A DNA stretch of 64,000 bases from an uncultured Candidatus Saccharibacteria bacterium. Its GTDB lineage: Bacteria > Patescibacteriota > Dojkabacteria > SC72 > JAFGCJ01. Position 1 is the first letter of the stretch; the number at the start of each line of letters is the position of its first letter. Below the pieces are notes generated by a model. The model searched no databases, was not told the origin of the DNA, and saw nothing but the letters and a program-made list of their open reading frames with translations. Positions 9,526 to 19,224 of the stretch are shown piece by piece. The DNA lies in NCBI GenBank assembly GCA_964481345.1, contig CAYZTC010000001.1:142188-206187 (forward strand), in the 5' to 3' direction. Position numbers and translations under genes: made by a program.

Positions 9526-10347
9526 TCACCTCTTCTCCCTAATTTTTTTTACCCTACTTGTAAGGGATTTAACTTTAGAAGAATCTACCCTCTGATTATA
9601 CCCCTTAACATTTCTCTCCTTCGAGCTGGATTCCCCCTCCTTCAGAGCAGTACTTACTATCACCATGTCACTAAACTTCAGTAAATCTTTGATATTTTCT
9701 TCGTTTGCACCACTTCCAATTATTACAGGAACTTTCCCTCCTACTGAATTATAAACATTCTCTAATTTATTTAAATCTGGAGCATCTCCCGTCCATTTAC
9801 CTGTCACAATCACCCCATCAGAACCTTCTTGTATAGCCTCCTCAGCTGCATCAGATATTGGTCTTTTGTTTAATAACTCAGAATGCTTTACCTGAATATC
9901 TGTAAACAATTTCACATTCTCTGCCCCAATGTTTTTTCGGTAGCCTACAACTTTCTCTGATTTTCCAACTATCTCCCCAAAATCAGTCATGACATGATCA
10001 ACGAAAACCGGAACTCTGACGAACTCGCAATCATGTTTCAATGCAAGATTCAGCGCTGACTCATATGAATTCCAAAGAATACTTATTCCAATAGGAAGTT
10101 TCGTCTTTAATGAAATAAGATTAATCACATCTGACATAAAATTCTCTGTTTCCTTTTTGATTGTTATTTGATGAGGAAGATCGTAGTTGTTTTCAATAAC
10201 TATTCCATCAATTCCCCCTTTTTCAAGAGATTCAAGATCTTTAAGAGCTGTATCAACAACGACTTCCTTACCAGGAAATCCTTCAAATCCAGGAGTAGGA
10301 AGAAGGTGTACAGCTCCAAAAATTGTATTCGAACTAACAAACTTCAT
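9526..10347 (-). CDS. BtpA/SgcQ-family TIM-barrel protein
   Basis: 273 aa; GAVHLLPTPGFEGF resembles BtpA signature. Confidence 0.55.
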   Translation of the reverse strand: MKFVSSNTIFGAVHLLPTPGFEGFPGKEVVVDTALKDLESLEKGGIDGIVIENNYDLPHQITIKKETENFMSDVINLISLKTKLPIGISILWNSYESALNLALKHDCEFVRVPVFVDHVMTDFGEIVGKSEKVVGYRKNIGAENVKLFTDIQVKHSELLNKRPISDAAEEAIQEGSDGVIVTGKWTGDAPDLNKLENVYNSVGGKVPVIIGSGANEENIKDLLKFSDMVIVSTALKEGESSSKERNVKGYNQRVDSSKVKSLTSRVKKIREKR

Positions 10348-10494
10348 AGACTTAGTTATATTAAAAGATTGGATACCAAGTAGGGATGGGACTTCCTCCT
10401 ACATTTCATTTCGGCGGGATAAACTTCTCATCCCACTCTGTTAATAATGAACAACAACATTTCTACATTGCGCAAATTAATAATCTTGTACAAT

Positions 10495-10582
10495 CGATAG
10501 GGGTGGGATTCGAACCCACGGCCCCGCATTGCGGGGCACAGCTTTTCGAAAGCTGCACCTTAAGCCACTCGGTCACCCTACC
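10495..10582 (-). tRNA. tRNA-Ser (anticodon CGA) with long variable arm; CCA not encoded
   Basis: Minus-strand GGTAGGGTGACCGAGTGG...CAGCTTTCGAAAAGCTG...GCCCCGCAATGCGGGGC...GGGTTCGAATCCCACCCCTATCG; anticodon loop TTCGAAA. Confidence 0.85.
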
Positions 10583-10585
10583 CAA

Positions 10586-11119
10586 TTATTTCTGGACAGG
10601 TTTTTCTTTCTCGAGCAGGTTTATCCACCTTCCCTCAGACAACTTATCAAATGCCTTTTGATCTCTTAAGTCCTTATACCTCAGTCTCTCTTTTAATAGT
10701 TTATGAACCTCATTCATGTCCTTAGCCCCCACCAACATAATCAACCTGCTTGGAAAGGCTACCCTTGTATCTATATTCAGCAATTTCTGACCATCTTTTT
10801 CTGAAAACCAATACTCTCCCAGCCTCTCCCATTCATACTGTTTCTCTATTGTTTCCACCCCCAATGTCGTCACTAAATGATTAACATTTTCTGGCGGAAT
10901 CGTACCAAGCACATATACCAAAAACATCAAAGCCGCTATTGCCAGCATGAGACCATATTGTCCAAGAATCGCAAGTACAACAAAAAGTGCTAATACCGCA
11001 ACTGCTATACTCCAAAACTTCTTTTTATCTAGTTTTTGAAAAGTTCTCATTGGAGCTGTCCACTTATACAGAATCTCTCTTTGTATCACTTTCTCGTTCT
11101 TTTTCTCTTTTTCAGGCAT
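10586..11119 (-). CDS. Hypothetical membrane protein
   Basis: 177 aa ORF with two TM helices. Confidence 0.45.
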   Translation of the reverse strand: MPEKEKKNEKVIQREILYKWTAPMRTFQKLDKKKFWSIAVAVLALFVVLAILGQYGLMLAIAALMFLVYVLGTIPPENVNHLVTTLGVETIEKQYEWERLGEYWFSEKDGQKLLNIDTRVAFPSRLIMLVGAKDMNEVHKLLKERLRYKDLRDQKAFDKLSEGRWINLLEKEKPVQK

Positions 11120-11136
11120 TTTATTATTTATTTAAC

Positions 11137-11526
11137 TTATTTAATTAAGATTATACCAATTATAAGCAGAGCCGCTACAACTACTCCTGCTCCAATACTG
11201 AAAAAATGAAAAATATGCAATGTCAAAAGTATAAAAGTAGCAACAAAAAAACCAATCCCAAACTTAATAGGGCGATAAACATCAGGGAATTCCTTTCTCC
11301 CACAATATAAAAAATACTCAAATAGATACTCAAGTAATGACGCTAGAAGTGAAACTCCCGATGACACTAAAAAGACAAAGAAAACAATATTCCAATTATC
11401 TATATCACCCTTATAGCTAAATGGCGAAAAATATTCAAGATTCACAAGATACCAAAGTAATGATAAGTCAGAAACCAAAAGTAATATTGTTGTTACGATA
11501 AATCTCAAAAAGTGCCTTTCTAACAA
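11137..11526 (-). CDS. Hypothetical polytopic membrane protein
   Basis: 129 aa, 4 predicted TM. Confidence 0.4.
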   Translation of the reverse strand: MLERHFLRFIVTTILLLVSDLSLLWYLVNLEYFSPFSYKGDIDNWNIVFFVFLVSSGVSLLASLLEYLFEYFLYCGRKEFPDVYRPIKFGIGFFVATFILLTLHIFHFFSIGAGVVVAALLIIGIILIK

Positions 11527-11637
11527 ATAAACTTCTCGCTGTTTACTATCGACATTTACTCTGATACAATTCTACCAGAATTTCCCCCTCAAATACTGCT
11601 TTCTATCTGTCCAAAATAATTTATTAACCTTTATAAG

Positions 11638-12360
11638 GTGAACGTCTTCATTATTGAAGACTCCCCTACAATAACCCTCATTCTAGAAAGAACACTCAGT
11701 TCATACGGATACATTCCTCTTTGTCACACAAGTGACACCTTCTCAACAAAATTCCTTAAAGATAAACCTCATGAATTTTTTATTATGGATACAAATCTAT
11801 ACAAAGCAGACAGCCTAGAAATCTGTTCAAAAATAAAAGAAGTATGTCCATCTGCATACGTCATAGGTATAAATCATAGAGGAACATGGAAAGACAGAAT
11901 AGAATTTTTAAAAAGTGGTGCAGATGACTGTATTTCGTACCCTTTTCCACCAGAAGAAATACTTGTAAGAATCCAGGCCCTTCTAAGAAGACCCAAAAAA
12001 TATATCTCAAGTAACCTAAAATATGGGAAATTCTTGATTGACACATATAATCAAGAAGCCTTCTACAACAGTAGATTACTTAAACTTTCTAAAAAGGAAT
12101 ACCAAATACTTGAGTATTTTATTCGAAATAAAGAAAGGAAAGTCTCAAGATCTGAATTACTTGATCATGTATGGGACTACCGTAAATCAAGCAGCTCTAA
12201 TACAGTAGATGTTCATATCACAAAGCTTAGAAGGAAAATTACAAAAGCTAAAAACAAAAGATATCTCAACAAAGATAATTTTCAACAAAACTCTGAAATA
12301 CAAACGATATACGGAGTAGGATATCAACTTAAAGATAATTTCGAAGAAAAAGGAAGCTAA
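11638..12360 (+). CDS. OmpR/PhoB-family response regulator (receiver + winged-helix)
   Basis: 240 aa; receiver motifs (IMDTNL, KSGADDCISYPF) and C-terminal trans_reg_C-like region (ELLDHVWDY...VDVHITKLRRKI); GTG start. Confidence 0.75.
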   Translation: MNVFIIEDSPTITLILERTLSSYGYIPLCHTSDTFSTKFLKDKPHEFFIMDTNLYKADSLEICSKIKEVCPSAYVIGINHRGTWKDRIEFLKSGADDCISYPFPPEEILVRIQALLRRPKKYISSNLKYGKFLIDTYNQEAFYNSRLLKLSKKEYQILEYFIRNKERKVSRSELLDHVWDYRKSSSSNTVDVHITKLRRKITKAKNKRYLNKDNFQQNSEIQTIYGVGYQLKDNFEEKGS

Positions 12361-13499
12361 TCTATCCTCATAGGCATTATTATATGTAGGTAGTTTTCAT
12401 CCTTTTCTGACTTAAACACACCAGGTGCTGTAGAGTTACTACTCTCCATTATCATAGTCTCCCCCTCGATACAGGAAAGCATATCACTAAGAAACTTTGC
12501 ACTAAATCCAATCTCTAGCTTATCACCCTCCACTTTAGCCTTGAAACTACTCTCATTTTCACCCACCTCTACAAGTGCTGCCCCTACCTTCACTTCACCT
12601 TTTTTAGGGTCTATTTCTATTATTGCCTTATTTCCAATTACATTTCTTGCAAATATATTTACTATTCTCACAGCATTTCTAAACTCATCTGTGTCTACTT
12701 CTACCCTTGTCTGATACCCAGTAGGAATTATTTGCTTATACTCTGGAAACTGACCGTCTATCAATCTTGACGTAAGATCAACTTCCTTATATCTAAGTAT
12801 TACCTGATTTTTGCTTTTTAAAAGGTAAACCTCTACATAATCCTTCTTTTTTGAGTCTCCATCCTCATACAGATCACCTATTATTCTTGCTAACTCCTGC
12901 ATTGTTCTTGCTGGTATTAATAGATCCAAAGATTCTTTAGTACTCTTCTCAAGCTCTATAAACTGTCTTGCAAGCCTAAACCCATCCACAGATATCAGGG
13001 TTAACTTTTTTCCATCCACCTCTACTTTTATACCTGTAAGTACTGGTCTAGACTCATCAGATGCCGAAGCTATTGCTACTCTATTTATAGCATTTTGTAT
13101 TTCCTCTGGTTTAACCGAAAAAAGAAGATTCCCGTCCTCTATACTTGGAACTTTTGGAAAATCATCGGCTGGTAAAGTGTTAAATTGAGCAGAATTGTTC
13201 TTCGTTGTTACCTTTAGAATCTGCTTATCTAAAGTAAGATCAACTTTTTCCGAAGGCAGTGAGTTTACAAATTCGGAAAAAGTTCTCGCTGGAATTGTTA
13301 TTATTCCTTCTTCTTTTGCTTCAGCACCAATCCATGTATGTACCCCCATCTCTAGATCAGTTGCTGTTAGCTTAAGCTTGCTACCCTCCGCCTCTACTAA
13401 TACATTAGCAAGGATTGGAAGTCCCGGTTTACTACTTACTAATCTTCCCACTATACCTAACTGCTTAGCTAAACTAATTTGATTACAACCAATCTTCAT
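12357..13499 (-). CDS. dnaN: DNA polymerase III beta sliding clamp
   Basis: 380 aa, typical DnaN N-terminus MKIGCNQISLAKQLGIVGRL..PILANVLVEA. Confidence 0.9.
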   Translation of the reverse strand: MKIGCNQISLAKQLGIVGRLVSSKPGLPILANVLVEAEGSKLKLTATDLEMGVHTWIGAEAKEEGIITIPARTFSEFVNSLPSEKVDLTLDKQILKVTTKNNSAQFNTLPADDFPKVPSIEDGNLLFSVKPEEIQNAINRVAIASASDESRPVLTGIKVEVDGKKLTLISVDGFRLARQFIELEKSTKESLDLLIPARTMQELARIIGDLYEDGDSKKKDYVEVYLLKSKNQVILRYKEVDLTSRLIDGQFPEYKQIIPTGYQTRVEVDTDEFRNAVRIVNIFARNVIGNKAIIEIDPKKGEVKVGAALVEVGENESSFKAKVEGDKLEIGFSAKFLSDMLSCIEGETMIMESSNSTAPGVFKSEKDENYLHIIMPMRID

Positions 13500-13956
13500 A
13501 AAAAGATACTCACAAAATTATGTTTGGGCAGACTAATATAACGTAAGTTTTTTAATACAGTAATAGTATATAGTAGGCGGTGTGGAATTGTCCAGAAATA
13601 TTGATTGAGTACTGATAATACAACGTTTTTATAGAGTTCTTTATTGTCGAAAACTTTTATTTTGGTAATACTTCCAGTAGAGGTGTCTATTTGGTTGTTT
13701 TGATAGTATTTTCCTAACAAAAGAAATAGTGAAGAGAAAGAATTTCCCTTATCTATAGATATATTAACGATGTAAAACGTTTTGTGGATAACTTTTGGAA
13801 AAGTTGTTGATAAACAACATATGTTTAGTTTTTATCCATTACTGAGATTAGCTTTGAGATGGGGAACTTTTAATGGTTGTAGGTAAATATGTTAAAAGAG
13901 AGACCCGTTATTATTGCAGGCACTGTCCACAAAATGTGTCCTATTGTCCACAATAT
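13500..13956. promoter_or_regulatory. oriC half (DnaA-box cluster + AT-rich unwinding region) upstream of dnaN
   Basis: TGTGGATAA at 13783-13791, TTATCCATT 13832-13840, TGTCCACAA at 13924-13932 and 13945-13953; AT-rich stretch ~13600-13700. Confidence 0.6.
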
Positions 13957-15387
13957 TTAAGATGAGGTTTTACTTTGGTAGAGAGGTATTTCAAAATAAA
14001 ATATTGATCCTTTCCCTTTTTCACTTTTAACCCCTATTTTTCCTTTGTGCGCTTCTATAATGTTTTTTGAGACATATAGACCTAGTCCAGTACCGCCTGT
14101 TCTTACAAGAGAGTTTTGGTCTCCTCCGGTATATGGGTCTATCCTCGAGAATTTTTGAAAAAGCTCATCCTGATCCTTTTTATCAATCCCTCCCCCTGTA
14201 TCTCTTACTGACATTTTCAGAGAGCTTTGGTCTGATATTATTTCTATTTCTATGTATCCCTTGTTAGTATATTTAATGGCATTATTTAAAAGGTTATCAA
14301 TAACCTCTCTTATCCTTACTTTGTCTACTTCAGCGTGGACTTTGTTTTTAGGCTTGTCAAACTCTATTGATAACCCTTTTTCATTAGCAAGGGGGGTAAC
14401 GTCTTTAATTGCTTCACTAACAATATCTACAAAATCATGGGTGTCGATCTGGAGAACAAAATACTCATTGTCTATCCTTGTTGTTTCGAGGAAGGAATTT
14501 ATTATTTGTATTTGCCTTTCTATGCTGTCAATTAATCGTTGGAGATACGTTTTAACTTTGGAGTCAATGGCCTTTGGACTTTCTTTTTTAAGATAATCTT
14601 GCAACATATGGAGGTTTGTCTTAATAACGGACGCAGGTGTTCTGATTTCATGGCCTGCCATATCCATTAAATTCTTCTCTTTCTGATATAAAGCCTCAAG
14701 GTCATCATATAGTTTTTGAAGTTCTTTATTTTTTGACTGGAGAGATTCCGTTGCCTTGTCGATCTTTTGCTGAAGAGTTTCATTAAATGATTCAACTTCT
14801 TTATATAGAAGTGCTCTACCAATCGCTATAGAAGTATTGTCGATGATGCTTTTTAGAAGGGAAGTCTCTTTCCCCTTTGGTATTTTCTTATCGCTTGACT
14901 CTCCAAATAGAAAGAGCCCGGAATATTTAGCTTCCTTAGTCATTGGAATCACTATTTGGATATTGTGCTTCTTCATGATTTCTAATACTTCCATTTTTTG
15001 ATTTGATATCTTGTTACTTGAGTCTTCTCCAATGAGGAAGAGCTCATCTTGGAGAATAAGAGTTTTGTCGCTGTTACTGGAATAGAAGTATTTTGCAAGT
15101 TTTTTTAGCTGGTGAATATCTGGAATTTTTACCTGTTGGCTTTGTTCATAAATGATCTTCTTTTCGTCTGTATCTAATAGGACAACAGCAGATGAGGAAA
15201 TATTGAAGGTGCTATTTATTATTGAAATGAAGAGAGTGGCGATTGCATCAAGATCAAGTTCTGAGGAAAATGTGCTTGTAGAGTACAGCCTGCTTGCCGC
15301 CTTGCTCTTACGTTTAGCGAACGTGTAAAGAGACAGGGCTAGAGAGATAATTCCTGTTATTATTATTGAAACATTCTCAATTCTCAT
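13957..15387 (-). CDS. Sensor histidine kinase (HisKA + HATPase_c)
   Basis: 476 aa; H-box MAGHEIRTPASVIK, N/G-box NLLNNAIKYT...GGTGLGLYVSK; N-terminal TM. Confidence 0.85.
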   Translation of the reverse strand: MRIENVSIIITGIISLALSLYTFAKRKSKAASRLYSTSTFSSELDLDAIATLFISIINSTFNISSSAVVLLDTDEKKIIYEQSQQVKIPDIHQLKKLAKYFYSSNSDKTLILQDELFLIGEDSSNKISNQKMEVLEIMKKHNIQIVIPMTKEAKYSGLFLFGESSDKKIPKGKETSLLKSIIDNTSIAIGRALLYKEVESFNETLQQKIDKATESLQSKNKELQKLYDDLEALYQKEKNLMDMAGHEIRTPASVIKTNLHMLQDYLKKESPKAIDSKVKTYLQRLIDSIERQIQIINSFLETTRIDNEYFVLQIDTHDFVDIVSEAIKDVTPLANEKGLSIEFDKPKNKVHAEVDKVRIREVIDNLLNNAIKYTNKGYIEIEIISDQSSLKMSVRDTGGGIDKKDQDELFQKFSRIDPYTGGDQNSLVRTGGTGLGLYVSKNIIEAHKGKIGVKSEKGKGSIFYFEIPLYQSKTSS

Positions 15388-15487
15388 AGGACAGTTTATA
15401 AGTGTAAGTCTAAAGGTATTATAGTGGACAGGCTAAACTTTTTGAAATGTCTTTGTGGTGATGAAAACATCAGTTTTAAAAAATTCG

Positions 15488-15507
15488 TGGGAGTTATTTT
15501 TTGACTC
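15488..15507 (-). terminator. Hairpin GGAGT-N10-ACTCC downstream of dnaA stop, with T-run
   Basis: gggagttattttttgactcc palindrome followed by a T-run on the minus strand. Confidence 0.35.
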
Positions 15508-15532
15508 CTGTGTTGGGGTATAAAGCCCTTAT

Positions 15533-16972
15533 TCATAGCTCTATATTGTGAATTTTTTCCTTGAGTGTTTCATCCTCCTCCATCTTCTCTTCTATCCTAT
15601 CTACGGCATTGAGAACAGTCGTATGGTCATTCCTATTTAGTTCTCTTGCAATTCTCTCAAGTGGAAGGTCAAGCTCCTTTCTCATAAGGTACATGCATAT
15701 ATGTCTAGGTACCACTATCTCCGATGTTCGTCTTTTACCCCTAATATCTTTTACTGAAATCCCAAACTCTTTACTTACATTTCTGATGATATCTCTTGGA
15801 GATGTTTTCTTCCTTTTACTAGCAGAGTCTATATGAAGCATCATTGCAACTTCCTCTTGTGAGGGAATTGTTCCTCCTATTTTTACATGAGTACCTACCT
15901 TAATTAACGCACCTTCAAGTTCTCGGATATTGTCATCAAACTCTTTAGCCACAAAGTTAAGGATGTAGTCTGGAAGGAAGATTCCTTTATCATCAGCCTT
16001 TTGCTTTATTATTGCTATTCTAGTCTCATAGTCTGGTGCAGAAATATCGGCTACCATTCCACCTTCAAACCTAGACTTCAGTCGATCAGTTAGTTTTTCA
16101 ATTTCTCTTGGTGGGCAGTCCGAGGCTAGTACGATCTGTTTACCAGTTTGGTATAGGGTGTTGAAAGTGTGAAAAATCTCAGTCTGTGCCATGTCCCAGT
16201 TTGATATAAACTGGATGTCGTCTATCATTAATATATCAAGCTTTCTGTACATGTTCCTGAATTCGTTAGTATTGCCCTTTCTTATAGAATTAACCATCTC
16301 GTTTAAGAAAGATTCGCTTGGACAATAAAGAACTTTTTTGTTTGGATCTCTGTTTATTACTCTGTTTGCAATAGCATGCATTAGGTGAGTTTTTCCTAAT
16401 CCAACTCCTCCATAAATAAAAAGTGGATTGTATGATCTTCCAGGGTTGTCAGAGACAGCATCGGCTGCAGCATGGGCAAGTTTGTTGAAAGACCCAACGA
16501 CGAAGGTTTCAAATGTATATAGTGGGCTTACGTTCCCCTTTTCTCTTGCATCATCTACGAGATTTTGGTGAGTATATGGAATGTTAAAAATGGGTGCCTC
16601 GTTTGGGGAAATTGTTGTGCCATCATATCTGCTTTTTACTTTTTCTTCGCCACCATCTATTTCAAAGACAATGTCGATGTCTCTACCGGTAATTTCCTCC
16701 AGTAAGTTTTTGATAAGTTTGTGGTGATTTGAGTCAAGCCATTCTCTTGCAAAATTAGAGGGGCATGATATTGTAGCAATTCCATTTTCAACTTGTGCTA
16801 GTTCAGTATTTTTAAACCAAGCTGAAAAGTTCTGCGAGGTTATCTTCATCTGAATTTTTTCAAGTGCAATCTTCCAAACCTCGTTTGTATCAATAACCTT
16901 TTCCTTAGATCCTTTAGTGTTTGGAGTCTTCAATTTTTTTACAATAGTCTTTAGTCGGGGCAGATGGGACAA
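15533..16972 (-). CDS. dnaA: Chromosomal replication initiator DnaA
   Basis: 479 aa; Walker A GGVGLGKTHLMHAIAN, C-terminal DNA-binding domain. Confidence 0.95.
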   Translation of the reverse strand: MSHLPRLKTIVKKLKTPNTKGSKEKVIDTNEVWKIALEKIQMKITSQNFSAWFKNTELAQVENGIATISCPSNFAREWLDSNHHKLIKNLLEEITGRDIDIVFEIDGGEEKVKSRYDGTTISPNEAPIFNIPYTHQNLVDDAREKGNVSPLYTFETFVVGSFNKLAHAAADAVSDNPGRSYNPLFIYGGVGLGKTHLMHAIANRVINRDPNKKVLYCPSESFLNEMVNSIRKGNTNEFRNMYRKLDILMIDDIQFISNWDMAQTEIFHTFNTLYQTGKQIVLASDCPPREIEKLTDRLKSRFEGGMVADISAPDYETRIAIIKQKADDKGIFLPDYILNFVAKEFDDNIRELEGALIKVGTHVKIGGTIPSQEEVAMMLHIDSASKRKKTSPRDIIRNVSKEFGISVKDIRGKRRTSEIVVPRHICMYLMRKELDLPLERIARELNRNDHTTVLNAVDRIEEKMEEDETLKEKIHNIEL

Positions 16973-17172
16973 ATCCTGTTAGGATAGGACAAGTGGAATG
17001 TATCACCTTGTGGATAAGTTTTCAAACCCTTAGTGTGAAATTATGAAATTATGTTGTTGAATAGAAAGTTATCCACATGAAATATTAGCTATAATTTCGA
17101 TAGAGAGTTTTTCCATGTGAGGGAAAGTACATCCTTGAGCATTACAAAACCATATGATAAACTCCTTTCGCA
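16973..17172. promoter_or_regulatory. Second oriC half / dnaA-rpmH divergent promoter region with DnaA boxes
   Basis: TGTGGATAA at 17010-17018 and TTATCCACA at 17069-17077. Confidence 0.55.
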
Positions 17173-17358
17173 ATGCCAAAGAGAACCTATCAACCCAAAA
17201 AGAGAAGAAGACTTAAAGTACATGGATTTAGAGCTAGGATGAAAAACCCTGGAGGAAGAAATATTTTAAAAAAAAGGAGGGCTAAGGGAAGGAAGGTCCT
17301 TACAGTATCGGATGAGTTTAGAATCCTCAAAAAGAAACCAAAATCTAGAAACAAATAA
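17173..17358 (+). CDS. rpmH: 50S ribosomal protein L34 (with ~15-aa basic C-terminal extension)
   Basis: [23 protein letters not shown]...[11 protein letters not shown] matches the L34 family. Confidence 0.85.
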   Translation: MPKRTYQPKKRRRLKVHGFRARMKNPGGRNILKKRRAKGRKVLTVSDEFRILKKKPKSRNK

Positions 17359-17702
17359 TGCTTTCAAAGGAACACAGGCTAAAAAAAACCTCTAGTTTTC
17401 AAAAAGCTCATAAGCTTGGTAAACATATCTCTGGAAAAATTGGAAGAGTAATCATTTATAATCGAAAAGATAATAGCCCATCAAAATTTGGTGTTGTAAT
17501 ATCAGCCGATAGAGGAAATGCGGCAAGACGAAACACTGCTAAAAGGAGGATAAGGCACATTTTTAGGGAAATTTGTAGTAATGTTAAGGATGGATATGAC
17601 ATTTTTTATGTAATTTGGAATGTGGAATTTAAGTATGTTGAAGCTAAATTTGAGATTGAAAAAATGTTGAAAGATGAAATACATACTAATGGGGATAATT
17701 AA
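17358..17702 (+). CDS. rnpA: Ribonuclease P protein component
   Basis: 114 aa, basic, conserved position after rpmH; RnpA-like KRRIRHIFRE. Confidence 0.85.
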   Translation: MLSKEHRLKKTSSFQKAHKLGKHISGKIGRVIIYNRKDNSPSKFGVVISADRGNAARRNTAKRRIRHIFREICSNVKDGYDIFYVIWNVEFKYVEAKFEIEKMLKDEIHTNGDN

Positions 17703-17913
17703 AATATATCAATTTTTCTTTTCATTTGACTATGGAATACCAGGAAAGTTGTTTCCTGGTGTTAGGGTGTGTCGTTTGTATCCCAGCTGTTCTCAGTATT
17801 TTTATGATGCAGTGAAAAAACATGGAAGTGTAAAAGGTACTTTTCTTGGAGTCAAAAGAATTGTAAAATGCGGGCCGTGGACGGAGTATGGTACTTATGA
17901 TCCAGTACCCTAG
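17674..17913 (+). CDS. yidD: Membrane protein insertion efficiency factor YidD
   Basis: CRLYPSCSQYFYDAVKKHGSVKG...KRIVKCGPW matches YidD signature. Confidence 0.8.
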   Translation: MKYILMGIIKIYQFFFSFDYGIPGKLFPGVRVCRLYPSCSQYFYDAVKKHGSVKGTFLGVKRIVKCGPWTEYGTYDPVP

Positions 17914-17935
17914 TTTATTTTTTTAGGTGCTTTAA

Positions 17936-18718
17936 ATGCTTTCTACAATTTGGAATACAATAATCTTTTATCCAATAATGAACGCATTGCTTGTTTTGTA
18001 TTCAGTTTTTGGTAGGAGTCTTGGATGGGCAGTAACGGTACTCACGATCGTTTTAAAGATCTGTCTTTATCCATTTACTAAAAGTCAGTTGGAAGCATCT
18101 AGAAAAATAAAGATCATCCAGCCTCAGCTAGAGAAACTTCAAAAAAAATATAAGAGAAATCCTAAGAAATTACAGGAGGAACAGCTTAAACTTTACAAAA
18201 AAGTTGGGTATAATCCTCTCGGTTGTTTTGCTTCTGTTCTCCTACCACTACCTATACTTTTGGCGATTTATCAGGCAATAAGGATATTTTCTAGCGGTGA
18301 AGTTACAGGAATTTACCAGGTTGTAAAAGATATGCTTGGTACGAATGGTGAGATAGATATCAATACATACTTTTATGTCCTCGACCTTTCAGAGTCATAC
18401 CTTCCTGTTGCCCAAGAGATTGGCTATTTTGCACTCAAGTCTATTCCCTATCTTTTTCTTGTGGTTCTGACTGGTTTAGCTCAGTACCTTTCAGTTAAAG
18501 TGTCTTCCTTGAATACTTCAGATAAGGGGAAAAAGAAGAGTGAAAATGAAGAGATGGCAGCGAGTATGAGCAAATCTATGTCTCTTACGTTTCCACTGAT
18601 GACGACTCTTGTGGCGATGAGTATGCCAGCTGGAGTTACCCTGTATTGGGTAGTACAATCTTTTGTAACCGTTGCTACCTATCTTATATATAACAAACTT
18701 AACAACAAAGTAACATGA
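17936..18718 (+). CDS. yidC: YidC/Oxa1-family membrane protein insertase (short form)
   Basis: 260 aa polytopic protein in conserved rnpA-yidD-yidC context. Confidence 0.85.
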   Translation: MLSTIWNTIIFYPIMNALLVLYSVFGRSLGWAVTVLTIVLKICLYPFTKSQLEASRKIKIIQPQLEKLQKKYKRNPKKLQEEQLKLYKKVGYNPLGCFASVLLPLPILLAIYQAIRIFSSGEVTGIYQVVKDMLGTNGEIDINTYFYVLDLSESYLPVAQEIGYFALKSIPYLFLVVLTGLAQYLSVKVSSLNTSDKGKKKSENEEMAASMSKSMSLTFPLMTTLVAMSMPAGVTLYWVVQSFVTVATYLIYNKLNNKVT

Positions 18719-19224
18719 AGAAAGAGAAGGATATACTCAAAGCAGTAAAGAAAACATTAAAAGATTTATTGAAATTTCTGAATGTTGAGGCAGGGTTTGA
18801 TGTCAAGGTTTCCAAGTATGAGGATAATGAGAAAAACAAGATAGAGTACATTGATATTGAGGTAAAAGGTGAAGATTTAGGTGTGTTGATAGGCTACTTA
18901 GGGAGAAACTTAAGAGCTATTCAGAGGATACTTGGAATGATGGTGAATAAAGAGGTGAAAGATATTGATAAAGATGCTGAGTATGTAAGAGTGGTGGTCG
19001 ATGTTGCCGGATATAGAGAAGGAAGAAAGGATCACCTGGAAAAGTATGCACTTCAGGTAAAGGATGAGGTGTTGGAATCAGGGGACGAGGTAGATATGCC
19101 AAGCATGACGGCCTTTGAAAGAAGAGTAATACATCTTACATTATCAAAATATGGTGAGGTAAAGACTGAAAGTTTTGGTGAAGGAAGAGAGAGACATGTG
19201 AGGGTGATGCCTGCCGGCAAATAA
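18715..19224 (+). CDS. jag: Jag/KhpB-like RNA-binding protein (KH + R3H)
   Basis: 169 aa; C-terminal R3H-like MPSMTAFERRVIHLTLSKYGEV; follows yidC. Confidence 0.8.
   Translation: MKKEKDILKAVKKTLKDLLKFLNVEAGFDVKVSKYEDNEKNKIEYIDIEVKGEDLGVLIGYLGRNLRAIQRILGMMVNKEVKDIDKDAEYVRVVVDVAGYREGRKDHLEKYALQVKDEVLESGDEVDMPSMTAFERRVIHLTLSKYGEVKTESFGEGRERHVRVMPAGK

Noticed and set aside
9404-9595. 63-aa + strand ORF
   Set aside because: It is antisense to tRNA-Asn and the start of the BtpA gene, a tRNA-sequence artefact.
13496-13720. 74-aa ORF on minus strand overlapping dnaN start
   Set aside because: It lies in the AT-rich oriC/DnaA-box region with no SD and a low-complexity product, so it is probably spurious.
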